IMG/VR virus record: IMGVR_UViG_3300037119_005846
Span: 32,031 to 96,030 of that record
Direction: 5' to 3' (one strand)
DNA from: a virus
Length of the DNA: 64,000 nucleotides
Part shown: positions 42,001 to 50,496 of the stretch, piece by piece
Numbering within the stretch: the stretch's first letter is position 1
Layout: each line of letters begins with the position of its first letter
The notes under the pieces: model-generated
Database searches by the model: none
Seen by the model: only the letters and a program-made list of their open reading frames with translations
What the model was told of the DNA's origin: nothing
Position numbers and translations under genes: made by a program

Positions 42001-44297
42001 AGACCATCCTCAACACGCTCTGGCTCGGCATCCAGATCGTCTGGCCGATCATCACCGACTTCTTCAAGAATCTGCCGGGAAACATTGTCGATCTCGTAGT
42101 CAGCGTCGGCGGATGGCTGCTTGAGACCGGCAAGACCATCCTCAATACGCTCTGGCTGGGAATTCAGATCATCTGGCCGATCATCACAGGCTTCTTCAAG
42201 GACCTTCCCGGAAACATTGTTGACCTGGTCGTGGACGCCGGTGGATGGCTGCTCGAGACCGGTAAGACGATTCTCAACACGCTATGGCTCGGGCTCCAGC
42301 TCATCTGGCCGACGATCAGAGACTTCTTCACGAATCTTCCTGGCGCGATTCTTGGACTCGTAGTCGATGTCGGAGGATGGCTGCTCAACACGGGCAAGAA
42401 CATTCTCAACACGCTGTGGCTTGGAATCCAGGCGATCTGGCCGACCATCACAAACTTCTTCACGGGTCTTCCCGGAGCGATCTTCAGTCTCATCTCCGCG
42501 GCCGCAGGTCTGTACGTAGACGCACTCATCGGCATCGGTTCGAACTTCATCAACTTGATCTGGTTCGGCGTTCAGATGATCTGGCCGACAATCCGAGACT
42601 TCTTCACTGGCCTGCCCGGCAAGATCTTGGATGCCCTGGGGCAGGTCGCGGACTTTAGCGGTGACTTGCTCTCATGGGGCGCTGACTTGATCAGCACGAT
42701 CATCCGCGGCATCACTGACTGGATTCGAGACAACGTTCCAGGCGCTGGATGGCTTCTTGATCTCATGGGCATCGGCGACCTCATGTCTGAGGAGGATAAG
42801 CAGTCAGAGGCTATTCGGTCGACATGGGAGCATGTCGCTGCGGGCTACGTTCTCGCCGGTCAGCAGGCGATGGCAGGCGCGCGCCAGGATCTCGTCGACC
42901 AGGCTGGCGAGGGCAGCGACACGGTAATGAATGCGTTCATCCTGGGTCTTCAGGATGCTGGCACGCAGGCGAACTTTGGGGGCATCGTCCCTTCGACGAT
43001 GATCAACGACATCGTCGGTCAGCTGGGTGACATCGGTGGCCCCGCCGCCGACGCACTGACACTGGAGATCGAAGAGGCACTGAAGGGAGGACTCACCGAC
43101 GCCGAATTCACTGACATCATCACCTCGGCGGAGAAGATCCTTACTGACGCAGGGACGACCGCTGCACATGGGTTTGGGGCTGGACTTTCCAATCCTGACG
43201 CTATCAAGGCTCTGACGCCAGCAATGGAGGCGATGGTCGATACTGCATGGGTGCAGACGCTTGATGGCAGTAGCTTCAAGAAGACTAGCAAGAACACCGC
43301 GACTACCGTCTCTAAGGGGTTAGCCGGCGAGATCACCAAGACCAAGCCGAGTACTTTCCAAAGCTCGGCTGATGCGATGATGACGAACTTGTCAACCGGG
43401 CTGAAGAAGGCTCAAATTTTGCTCAAGGCGTTCGCCGTAGGCCTGATACTCACGATTGTCTCGTGGATCAACCCGACGGTCAAGCTGATGCAGACACTTG
43501 GTCTGAGCATGATGAACGGCTTGCTCCAGGGACTACTCCTGGGCCTGGTCATTGTCCTCGTCGCGGTGAGGACGATCCCGACGAAGATCGTCGCAGCGAT
43601 TGGCAGTGTCGCGACGACACTGCTCGCGTCCGGTCTCAGTCTCATGCGCGGCTTCCTCGCCGGCGTCAACCTCGGCGCGGCTATCGTCGTCAGCGCGCTC
43701 AATGGCATGAGGGCGCGGTTCGTCTCGGCGGTCGGCAATCTGAGCGGCGCGCTCACGAGTGCCGGCTTGGGACTTATGAGCGGCCTGATCTCTGGTGTCC
43801 GCACCGGGATCATCGCGCTTGTCATTCTTCTCGGCAGTCTGCGTCAGACCGTTCTCAACATGTTCGCGGGCTGGGGCAAACTGCTCTATCCAACCGGTGT
43901 GAGCCTCATTCAGGGTCTGATCGCCGGCATCCGGTCGCAGTTCTGGGCGCTGCAACAAGCGGCGAACGAGGCGAGAAGGATCGCTACGATCCCGGCGGTC
44001 ACTGGCGGTCAGCAATTCGCACTAGGTGGCATCGTCACCGGGCCGGTATTTGCGACGATCGGCGAGGCCGGTGCCGAGGCGGTGATCCCGCTGACCAGGC
44101 CACTGCGTGCGCTGTCCTTGCTGCACGCATCGGGTCTCGATGAGCTCGTTCGCCAGGGCTCGCCGACCGGCGGTGACGTCACACTGCTCAACATCGAGCA
44201 CGCCGAGATCAACGACAAGGTAGACGTCGACATGGTCGCGGCTAGACTGACTAGTGCTTATCGCGCAATGATCACAGCTAACGGAGCAGTAGCATGA
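39051..44297 (+). CDS. Tape measure protein
   Basis: 1748 aa, amphipathic helical repeats, C-terminal FALGGIV.GP....GEAG.EAVIPL. Confidence 0.95.
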   Translation: MAAEAIGTAFIVIRAVTTRLAKDIQDGIEKGAKDADVESSGRDMGDRMGTAGGESFGDSFDETSSKRVEESADSPEMKKSQKKFSDRFFGRWGAHFSQGADDVSDTFRERLSVGMERSATDIDVDRAAGTFGSDLGDEVGNDFDASFSRNMQHNFKNRSNDDTFGTGFSGFAQRAGKSLADGVGTTFLDSFVGFGDTVAGALNSIKIPGGSIAILAQLAIPALGGALQSIGALAGSATAALGFLGTAAAGAGIGFLGLGAAIAPAFLLIKGAFGVESDELDAFNGQLDDFKEKWESVGLATQETLLPALSASLEMFEALIPTFESYGSVIGQVVGDIAFGAAGILTSTESQLKLSSILANGSQVIRTLGDAGVDLIAPVLTILEAAMPIAQQLADAIHRVVQSFAEWIDMKSKSGELTALFQKWYDRFKLIMSILGNLGSALADVFGIGADSADGMFKTLDAITEKWAEWTNSDEGQAKLTTFFENARKISGEIFGIIGDIGKRLFGGMFDPKGTDGLLGFFKTIREVWIPALFDFGGMIKDQLGPVVGQVFGVITDLVKTLTENPELAGGIIGVLASNFVLLVAALKGLNAVLNTEFVKKWGPLILKILLFAKIGATLWPIVKKIIKVFQGLEAVLGAIFSPIGLVVAAVAALIAGIVLLYFHFQPFRDFVDRNIIDPLQRLWDRIGGFRGIIDFFKELREAFKTGGFGGAVDFLSEQLGNLLDDIKEFFAGLHIDWGGVWDTLFEGAGDIGEQLSEWLQTGIDWLSKNFPKIARTIGKIAGKVLLAIVGVLTLIVRAIGPAMLTLLKSLPRILQTLVEGAFQFLIGILEGLGLPEGIVNFFEGAFGFITDAFQIITDYVTRHIERGIRIVTDIIGFFKALFSGNFGEAFGKIVDIVKTVIEDVIDQLLTFGKLIWFALKNSFSILKDVGSLLLGFGHDLINGLWQGIQRIWDSTILPFFKNLPGNILSAIVSVGNWLLETGKTILNTLWLGIQIVWPIITDFFKNLPGNIVDLVVSVGGWLLETGKTILNTLWLGIQIIWPIITGFFKDLPGNIVDLVVDAGGWLLETGKTILNTLWLGLQLIWPTIRDFFTNLPGAILGLVVDVGGWLLNTGKNILNTLWLGIQAIWPTITNFFTGLPGAIFSLISAAAGLYVDALIGIGSNFINLIWFGVQMIWPTIRDFFTGLPGKILDALGQVADFSGDLLSWGADLISTIIRGITDWIRDNVPGAGWLLDLMGIGDLMSEEDKQSEAIRSTWEHVAAGYVLAGQQAMAGARQDLVDQAGEGSDTVMNAFILGLQDAGTQANFGGIVPSTMINDIVGQLGDIGGPAADALTLEIEEALKGGLTDAEFTDIITSAEKILTDAGTTAAHGFGAGLSNPDAIKALTPAMEAMVDTAWVQTLDGSSFKKTSKNTATTVSKGLAGEITKTKPSTFQSSADAMMTNLSTGLKKAQILLKAFAVGLILTIVSWINPTVKLMQTLGLSMMNGLLQGLLLGLVIVLVAVRTIPTKIVAAIGSVATTLLASGLSLMRGFLAGVNLGAAIVVSALNGMRARFVSAVGNLSGALTSAGLGLMSGLISGVRTGIIALVILLGSLRQTVLNMFAGWGKLLYPTGVSLIQGLIAGIRSQFWALQQAANEARRIATIPAVTGGQQFALGGIVTGPVFATIGEAGAEAVIPLTRPLRALSLLHASGLDELVRQGSPTGGDVTLLNIEHAEINDKVDVDMVAARLTSAYRAMITANGAVA
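41860..42700 (+). repeat. 132-bp (44-aa) tandem repeats inside the tape measure gene
   Basis: FFxxLPG units start at 41928, 42060, 42192, 42324, 42456 and 42600. Confidence 0.9.
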
Positions 44298-45583
44298 GTA
44301 GCACCTACGGTGAAGGACCGTATGGCGTTGAGCCATACGGCGGTACCGACGAAGATGGTGATGGCTTCGTTGACACATTTGAGGATGTGATCCTCAGTGG
44401 TCGACCAGAGGACTGGCCCGCGCCAGGTGAAATGCACTTTCGCTTGTCAGACGCGACACTAGGCAATCTTGATCTGTCGTGTGACACGGGTTACATCGTG
44501 CGCAGCTATGACTTGGGATTCCCAGAGGTGCGCGAGGTCAGCTATGCCGCGACTCTGGACGACGGCACATTTGATGTCACTGCATTCGTCGGCGCTCGAT
44601 CAGTGTCGCTCGACATCGTTCTTCGTGCCACGGACGTCAGCGGTCACCCTCTTCCATCCGGGCCAAGTGAGACACGAATGCGAGATGACCTGCTGAAGTA
44701 TCTCAGTCCCGCTCTTCGCCCCGTCCTCATGTTCTCGGAGCATGGTGACGATCGCGTCCGCGCTATTGTGCTGCGCGGGTCAGATGCGCCGATCAGCGTG
44801 TCGCAGCCGCAGTTCAACAGTGTCAGCGTGTCGTGGCGTGCTCCCCGAGGGATGATCGAGAACACGGATGTGCACCGCGCGTACTTCACCTTCGATGAGC
44901 TGCTGAGTGCGGAATACACAATTTTGACCGAGAACAAGGGAACAGTCCCCGCCCACTGGCAGCTTCAGATCTCTGGCGATCTCGAGAGCCCCCACATCAG
45001 CATTGGTGATCTGCACCTCTGGCTCAACTATCACATCGAGCCAGCCGGCGTTATCACGATCGACTCGCGCACGAGGACAGTTCGCATCGGCAACGTTCCT
45101 GTGGGCTATCGATACCTAGACGACAAGAGTGACTGGTTCCGTATCCCGCCGGGCTTTCAAGAGATTCACTTCTCTCATGACGCCGTGCCACGACTTGGTC
45201 TTCCCTACGCCTACTGGCAGCCTGATGCTTCGTCTGTGTCAGCGTCACACACCGCATGGGCCGCGATCGCGATAAGCAACGTGACCGCGACGCACTTGCC
45301 GAGCGCGTCGTCGTTTGGGAGTCTCGCCGCGCTCAAGGCGAACCCAACATCTGGCGATGGTCACTACGGCGGTCCGGCGTTTGGGCCTGGCAATTATGTC
45401 GTTCTTGGCGACACTTCGCAGGCGTGGTACAACAGTGCGATCTGGATAGCCGGCTACATGCCGTACGACAATCCTTCACCGATCGGCGCGCCGCCGTGGA
45501 TCTGGACGCCCTCGGTCGATGACGGTACCGGCGAGCCGGTCGTTGGCGAAGTGACACTTACTTATCGCGAGCTCTACTTGTGA
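44294..45583 (+). CDS. Distal tail (Dit-like) protein with a C-terminal insertion
   Basis: Follows the TMP, with DLGFPEVREV, GAR.V, N.G.VP, W..IPPG motifs. Confidence 0.75.
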   Translation: MSSTYGEGPYGVEPYGGTDEDGDGFVDTFEDVILSGRPEDWPAPGEMHFRLSDATLGNLDLSCDTGYIVRSYDLGFPEVREVSYAATLDDGTFDVTAFVGARSVSLDIVLRATDVSGHPLPSGPSETRMRDDLLKYLSPALRPVLMFSEHGDDRVRAIVLRGSDAPISVSQPQFNSVSVSWRAPRGMIENTDVHRAYFTFDELLSAEYTILTENKGTVPAHWQLQISGDLESPHISIGDLHLWLNYHIEPAGVITIDSRTRTVRIGNVPVGYRYLDDKSDWFRIPPGFQEIHFSHDAVPRLGLPYAYWQPDASSVSASHTAWAAIAISNVTATHLPSASSFGSLAALKANPTSGDGHYGGPAFGPGNYVVLGDTSQAWYNSAIWIAGYMPYDNPSPIGAPPWIWTPSVDDGTGEPVVGEVTLTYRELYL

Positions 45584-46815
45584 CACAGTGGGGGATAAGG
45601 CTCTTCGATCCACCAAGTGGCGAAGAACTGGCACTCAACTGGAACAGCATCTCTATCACCGACAACTTCGAGGGCACGAGTGCGACGATAGAGATAGCGG
45701 GTGAACGACCAGAGATCAGCTTCATCACCGAGCTTCGCACGGATGTGCTTCTCTTCAGTGACAAGGTGCTCGCGTATAGACTTCGCGTCATGGATGCCGA
45801 GGACACGTTCACGGCGGACGCGCACACGGTCAGTCTGACATGCCAGTCGTACGAGGCGATACTTGCGCGTCGAGTCCTGTTCGCGGACTACGAGACGAAA
45901 GCTGGAGCACCGCCTGTTGCAGCCGCGATCGGTCAGCATGAGATCGCCTGGCAGTTGATTAGCTACACGCAGCAGTATGACAACTTGTACATTCAGAAGT
46001 CGACCGACTGGACGTCGTCCACGGTCACGCAGAACCGCGTTATCAAGCGCGGCCCCACTATTGCCGAGGCGATTAACAGTGTCGCGACGACGAGTGACGG
46101 CTTCGATTGGTGGATCGACCAGAACTTGAAACTGCATGCTCAGACACCGCGACTCGTATTTAACACCGGTCTTGATCTGATCTGGGGAGCTCGCGTCGCA
46201 TCGTTCACGCGGTCTAGCGCATCTGACTTGTACGACAGTGTGGTCATGGTCGTCGGTGCCGAGACCGACACTCAGATTGGCTCGACGACATACCCACCGC
46301 CGCCGCCGGCTATTCGCCAGCTGCCATCGCGGCCATTCGGACGATGGGAGCGGTTCTACACGTACAGTGATCTGGTCACGACCGCTAGTGTCACCAAGAA
46401 GGCGGACTGGCACTTGGCTGACTCATCGAAACGTCGCGCGACATACAGTGTCGTCCTGACTCCCGGCGTCTGGAATCAGGCGATAAGGCCCGGTGGACTC
46501 GTGTCTCTTCGCGCGCGATCACTGCCGCGCATCGACTTTCGAGTGCCGTGCCGCATCGAGGAGCTCGGCATCAGTGCTACTCCCGATGGCGCTGAAGACG
46601 TGACGCTAGGCATGCGCGCTGAAGCCGCCGAAACACAGATCACGATGACACCGAACGAGACACCTGAAGTTCCGATCATCACTACCAGTCCACCCGGCGT
46701 CGTTGACTCTGACGTCACGCAGCCTGCTGGCCGGACTATCACGAACGCGCGGTCGTCGAGCACGCGAACGTTCGTCGCTATCATCCGCGCAATCTCGCGA
46801 AGAGTCCCGCGATGA
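45580..46815 (+). CDS. Minor tail / baseplate hub protein
   Basis: Position after Dit, Y..IL.RR and GFDW.ID motifs. Confidence 0.7.
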   Translation: MTQWGIRLFDPPSGEELALNWNSISITDNFEGTSATIEIAGERPEISFITELRTDVLLFSDKVLAYRLRVMDAEDTFTADAHTVSLTCQSYEAILARRVLFADYETKAGAPPVAAAIGQHEIAWQLISYTQQYDNLYIQKSTDWTSSTVTQNRVIKRGPTIAEAINSVATTSDGFDWWIDQNLKLHAQTPRLVFNTGLDLIWGARVASFTRSSASDLYDSVVMVVGAETDTQIGSTTYPPPPPAIRQLPSRPFGRWERFYTYSDLVTTASVTKKADWHLADSSKRRATYSVVLTPGVWNQAIRPGGLVSLRARSLPRIDFRVPCRIEELGISATPDGAEDVTLGMRAEAAETQITMTPNETPEVPIITTSPPGVVDSDVTQPAGRTITNARSSSTRTFVAIIRAISRRVPR

Positions 46816-46843
46816 TTTCAAGTGTTGAGGTAGTATCCGCGCC

Positions 46844-47701
46844 ATGAGAGCAATTGTCTCCGCTCCGGCACTTCGAACGCACGAGCATGGTCTTGTCAGT
46901 GTCGGCAACGTCATCCAGCCGGGCGACGACCGGTGGTACGACGGTATCAACTTCACCTCACGCGGCTGCGACGTGATCTTTGGTCACGACACAGGCTGCT
47001 GGTCGCCGCGCGGCAACAAGAGCAGTCAGGACTGCAAGGCCCTCGGAGTGTTCACGCCGTATGTCATCGAGACCTCGCTCAGTTGGATGACTGGCGATCT
47101 GGCCGCCGATCCGAAGGCGATGGTCAGCGAGACACTGGAGGTGGGAACGTCTGCCATTCTCGAGCGAATGATCGAGATGAACCTCGTCGATGTCGCCGAT
47201 GCGACGCCGCTGACGAGCCCGACAGTCGTCGGTGCGGTCAGCGCGACCGGCATTCGCGGGCGCGTCGGCGTCGGCGGCGACGTCAGTGTCAAGCTCGAAG
47301 ACTCAGTCAGCATGGGAGTCGCGAGCACGCCGGCGCGAGCGGCGCTCGGCTACATCGAGGCAAAGCTGCTCGACGCGAGCGATCACACCGGCGGCGCCGG
47401 TGTCATCTACGTCAGCCCGCTGTACGTGCCCTTCCTGCGTGACGCGCTCACGTACGCGGACGGCCAGCTGTACACGACGGCCACGGGTAGCAAGGTCGTC
47501 GTCGGCAACTTCGCCGCCAACGCGATCTACGGTCACGTCGGCGACGTCGACGTCTACCTCGGCGACATCATCATCAACGAGTTCGTGCAGAGAGGGGCAA
47601 ACGAATACTTCGTCCAGGCCGAGCGGGTGGTCGCGGCCGTATGGAACCCGTGCGGCGCGTTCCGACAGACCATCGACAACACGCTGACGTTCGCCTCGTA
47701 G
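46844..47701 (+). CDS. Probable capsid pentamer / minor capsid protein
   Basis: P....HGL.SV, RW..GI, paired Cys, F.P..I, G..V.VG, AER pattern as in actinophage pentamer proteins. Confidence 0.55.
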   Translation: MRAIVSAPALRTHEHGLVSVGNVIQPGDDRWYDGINFTSRGCDVIFGHDTGCWSPRGNKSSQDCKALGVFTPYVIETSLSWMTGDLAADPKAMVSETLEVGTSAILERMIEMNLVDVADATPLTSPTVVGAVSATGIRGRVGVGGDVSVKLEDSVSMGVASTPARAALGYIEAKLLDASDHTGGAGVIYVSPLYVPFLRDALTYADGQLYTTATGSKVVVGNFAANAIYGHVGDVDVYLGDIIINEFVQRGANEYFVQAERVVAAVWNPCGAFRQTIDNTLTFAS

Positions 47702-47774
47702 CGGGCGTCTGGGCGGCTCGTCTGACAGCCGCGGTGGTAAAGTAGAACTACAGACGAATGAAGGAGACAGAGAC

Positions 47775-48260
47775 GTGGCTGAGTTCATCGTGGTCCAGGA
47801 CGGGTCACGCAAGATCACTTTCGAGGGCGATCTCATCGCCTCGGTGTCGAGCGTAGGACCGTCCAAGCCGAGGTGGTCGGAGTACCGCCTGTACAAGACG
47901 ATCTCGGGAACGTACGTCCTCGAGAAGGTGGGGCGGTCGATCGTCGTCCACACCCCCGGATGCCCGGAGATCATCGACACCCTCGATCGGTTCCAGGATA
48001 AGAACCCGGGTAAGGACCCGTCTGACGGCTTCTGGCTGTGCGAGAGCTGTATGACTAGTCGCTACGACATCACGGCGCTTCTCGTCGAGCACGACAGGCA
48101 CTGGGTCACGATCACCGAGGAGCCAGCCCACGTCGTTGACGCGCTCTACCGCAAGCGGGACGGCGCTCGCCACCTGCCGCGGCTCAGCCTGGAGCTGCTC
48201 GACCAGGCGGCCCGCGTCGATGACAATCTGGCCGATGCCTTCCGCGTCGAACGGATCTGA
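47775..48260 (+). CDS. Hypothetical protein
   Basis: AAGGAG RBS, RW.E..LYKT..G.YVL..VG.S.V.H. Confidence 0.75.
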   Translation: MAEFIVVQDGSRKITFEGDLIASVSSVGPSKPRWSEYRLYKTISGTYVLEKVGRSIVVHTPGCPEIIDTLDRFQDKNPGKDPSDGFWLCESCMTSRYDITALLVEHDRHWVTITEEPAHVVDALYRKRDGARHLPRLSLELLDQAARVDDNLADAFRVERI

Positions 48261-48262
48261 TC

Positions 48263-49129
48263 ATGTGGATCATTCTCGAGGGAGTGGACGGCAGTGGCAA
48301 ATCTACACTCTGCGACATCATTGCCGAGTCGATCCCCGACATCCCTGACGTCATACGCACGCACCTGGGTGCGCCCAAGTCTGCCGCCAGCGCACTGATC
48401 GAGTGCACTGACGACGAGCCGTTCGGCACGTACCGACCTGGCGGCGGTGCTCACATCATCAGCGACCGTCACCACTGGGGCTGCCCGGTGTACGGACCTG
48501 TCCTGCGGCCGGAGCGTGACACGGACGGCTACGGCGACTTCAACAAGGCCGGCTGGCGATACTGTGAGCTGTTCATCGCGTCCCGGGGTGGTCGGACGAT
48601 CTACGTCGACGTCAGCGCCGAGACCGCGCAGGAGCGCATACGGCATCGAGGCGACGCGAACTACGACGTTGAGACGCTGATCGCCATCACGCCGGAGCTG
48701 CTCGACCGCTACCACTGGTTGCTGACCGAGGCGCCGACGCTGGGGCTCCACATCGTCGAGCCGAGCATGGCTGAGCTGACGGTCCTTGCGCGCGACATCA
48801 TCGAGCTCGGCTCGATCCACGAGGACGAGGCCGCGCCGCTGGCGCACTACCCGGACTACATCGGTAAGCCGCAGCCCAAGAAGCTGCTCGTCTGTGAGCC
48901 GACCAAGGATGCGCGGCTAGACATTCTTGCTAGCTTCAGTGACGATGAGTGGGCCGATGTCGGCTTTTGCTCGAGCGCGCACACGCGTGACTCGCTGCAC
49001 GAGCTAGCGTCGACGCTGGATTACCCGCAGATCGTCGGTGTTGGTCGTCTGCCGAGCGACGCGGACGCATTTGTGTTCGACATGGCTGGTAGGGTTGAGT
49101 CAGCCCGCGACGGCGCAGTGGCTATCTGA
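48263..49129 (+). CDS. Thymidylate-kinase-like dNMP kinase with a C-terminal extension
   Basis: IILEGVDGSGKST, DRHH, R.RGD. Confidence 0.85.
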   Translation: MWIILEGVDGSGKSTLCDIIAESIPDIPDVIRTHLGAPKSAASALIECTDDEPFGTYRPGGGAHIISDRHHWGCPVYGPVLRPERDTDGYGDFNKAGWRYCELFIASRGGRTIYVDVSAETAQERIRHRGDANYDVETLIAITPELLDRYHWLLTEAPTLGLHIVEPSMAELTVLARDIIELGSIHEDEAAPLAHYPDYIGKPQPKKLLVCEPTKDARLDILASFSDDEWADVGFCSSAHTRDSLHELASTLDYPQIVGVGRLPSDADAFVFDMAGRVESARDGAVAI

Positions 49130-49147
49130 CACAGACAGGAGACATAG

Positions 49148-50041
49148 ATGCATCACCGCAAGGTGAAGGATCTTCGACGCGAGTACGCGGACATCGTGTA
49201 CGAGGTGCTCACGCTCGGCGACAAGACCGCTCCGCGTGGCATTCCGACGCACGAGATCCTCAACTACGTGATGACGTTCGACGACGCGCGCAACTGCACG
49301 TTCCCGTCCGGCATCGGCCGGCTGGTCAGCCCGCGAGTACTGGCTGCCGAGGGGATGCAGTGGCTTGGCGGGGTCAGCGACCTGGCGCAGCTGGAGTCGG
49401 TCAGCGCCAAGTTCCTCGAGTACTCGGACGACGGCACGCGGCTGTACGGCGCCTACGGGCCGCGATCACACAAGGGTCTCTGGCGCGCGATCAGGCTTCT
49501 GTACAATGACCCGGACACTCGTCAGGCCGTCGTGTCAATCTGGAGCCATGACGAGCTCCATTCGACGCGTGACCTCCCGTGCACAGTCAGCTGGTCGTTC
49601 ATCATCCGCCGCGGTCGGCTGCACATGACGACGTTCATGCGCTCGAATGACGTCTGGACCGGCCTCGCGTACGACGTCCCGATCATGGCACGCATCCAGA
49701 CGGCGATGGCATGGGCGCTTGGCGTCGACGTCGGCTCGTACACGCATCACGCTCAGTCGATGCACATCTACGAGAGTGACCTCGCCGGGCTGGACTCGCT
49801 GCAGTCGGTGATCCTGGAAGTCGATGAGCCGCCATTCTTCGACGACATCGGCAATGTGCACCATCTGCCGTCGCAGCGCTGGAAGTACGTTGTTGAGTGG
49901 GCCATCGACGCCGCTCAGGGCGCGTCGCATCTGCCGCCGGCGTTCGACTGGTACTCACGTCAACTTGCGGCGACCGAGCACCACCCGTACTTCTGCGACC
50001 GCTGCCGGTACTACACACCTGCCGTCTGCGAGTGCGAGTGA
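49148..50041 (+). CDS. Thymidylate-synthase-family enzyme, Asp-type (dCMP-modifying)
   Basis: YGPR, TRQAV, DLPC(145)T, MRSND...G..YD(176), SMHIYE. Confidence 0.85.
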   Translation: MHHRKVKDLRREYADIVYEVLTLGDKTAPRGIPTHEILNYVMTFDDARNCTFPSGIGRLVSPRVLAAEGMQWLGGVSDLAQLESVSAKFLEYSDDGTRLYGAYGPRSHKGLWRAIRLLYNDPDTRQAVVSIWSHDELHSTRDLPCTVSWSFIIRRGRLHMTTFMRSNDVWTGLAYDVPIMARIQTAMAWALGVDVGSYTHHAQSMHIYESDLAGLDSLQSVILEVDEPPFFDDIGNVHHLPSQRWKYVVEWAIDAAQGASHLPPAFDWYSRQLAATEHHPYFCDRCRYYTPAVCECE

Positions 50042-50496
50042 GGCCGACGTGGGACGCGACGTGGATGGCGATGGCCGACAGCGTCGGGCAACGAAGCCTC
50101 TGCAGCCGCGCTAAGATCGGTTGTGTCATCGTCACTCGCGACAATCGCGTCGAGTCGGCGACATATAACGGCCCCGCACCGGCGTTCGATCACCACGAGC
50201 TCGAGTGCGACCACTGGTGCGAGCGGATGATGACCGGCGAGAAGGGCGTCAACTATGACACATGCCCGTCGACGCATGCGGAAGCTTCCGCGATCGCGCG
50301 AAGCGACTGGTCTCGACTTCAAGGCGCGACGTTGTACGTCAACGGATCATGCTGCCAGAATTGTTCGAAGCTGATCGCTCAGACAGGCATCAAGCGAGTA
50401 GTGCATCGCGTCACCGAGAGCATGGCGTATCGCCATCCCGAGCTGGTCGAGCAGTACTTGCGGAGCATGCTCATCGAGGTGAGACGTGCCACTTGA
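50038..50496 (+). CDS. dCMP deaminase
   Basis: RPTWD, RS.C, YNG.., HAE, C..C.K.I.Q.GI, GTGA-coupled to the TS homologue. Confidence 0.9.
   Translation: MRPTWDATWMAMADSVGQRSLCSRAKIGCVIVTRDNRVESATYNGPAPAFDHHELECDHWCERMMTGEKGVNYDTCPSTHAEASAIARSDWSRLQGATLYVNGSCCQNCSKLIAQTGIKRVVHRVTESMAYRHPELVEQYLRSMLIEVRRAT

Noticed and set aside
49148-50041. Canonical thyA, or a dUMP hydroxymethylase
   Set aside because: The specificity residue is Asp rather than Asn, so no gene symbol was assigned.
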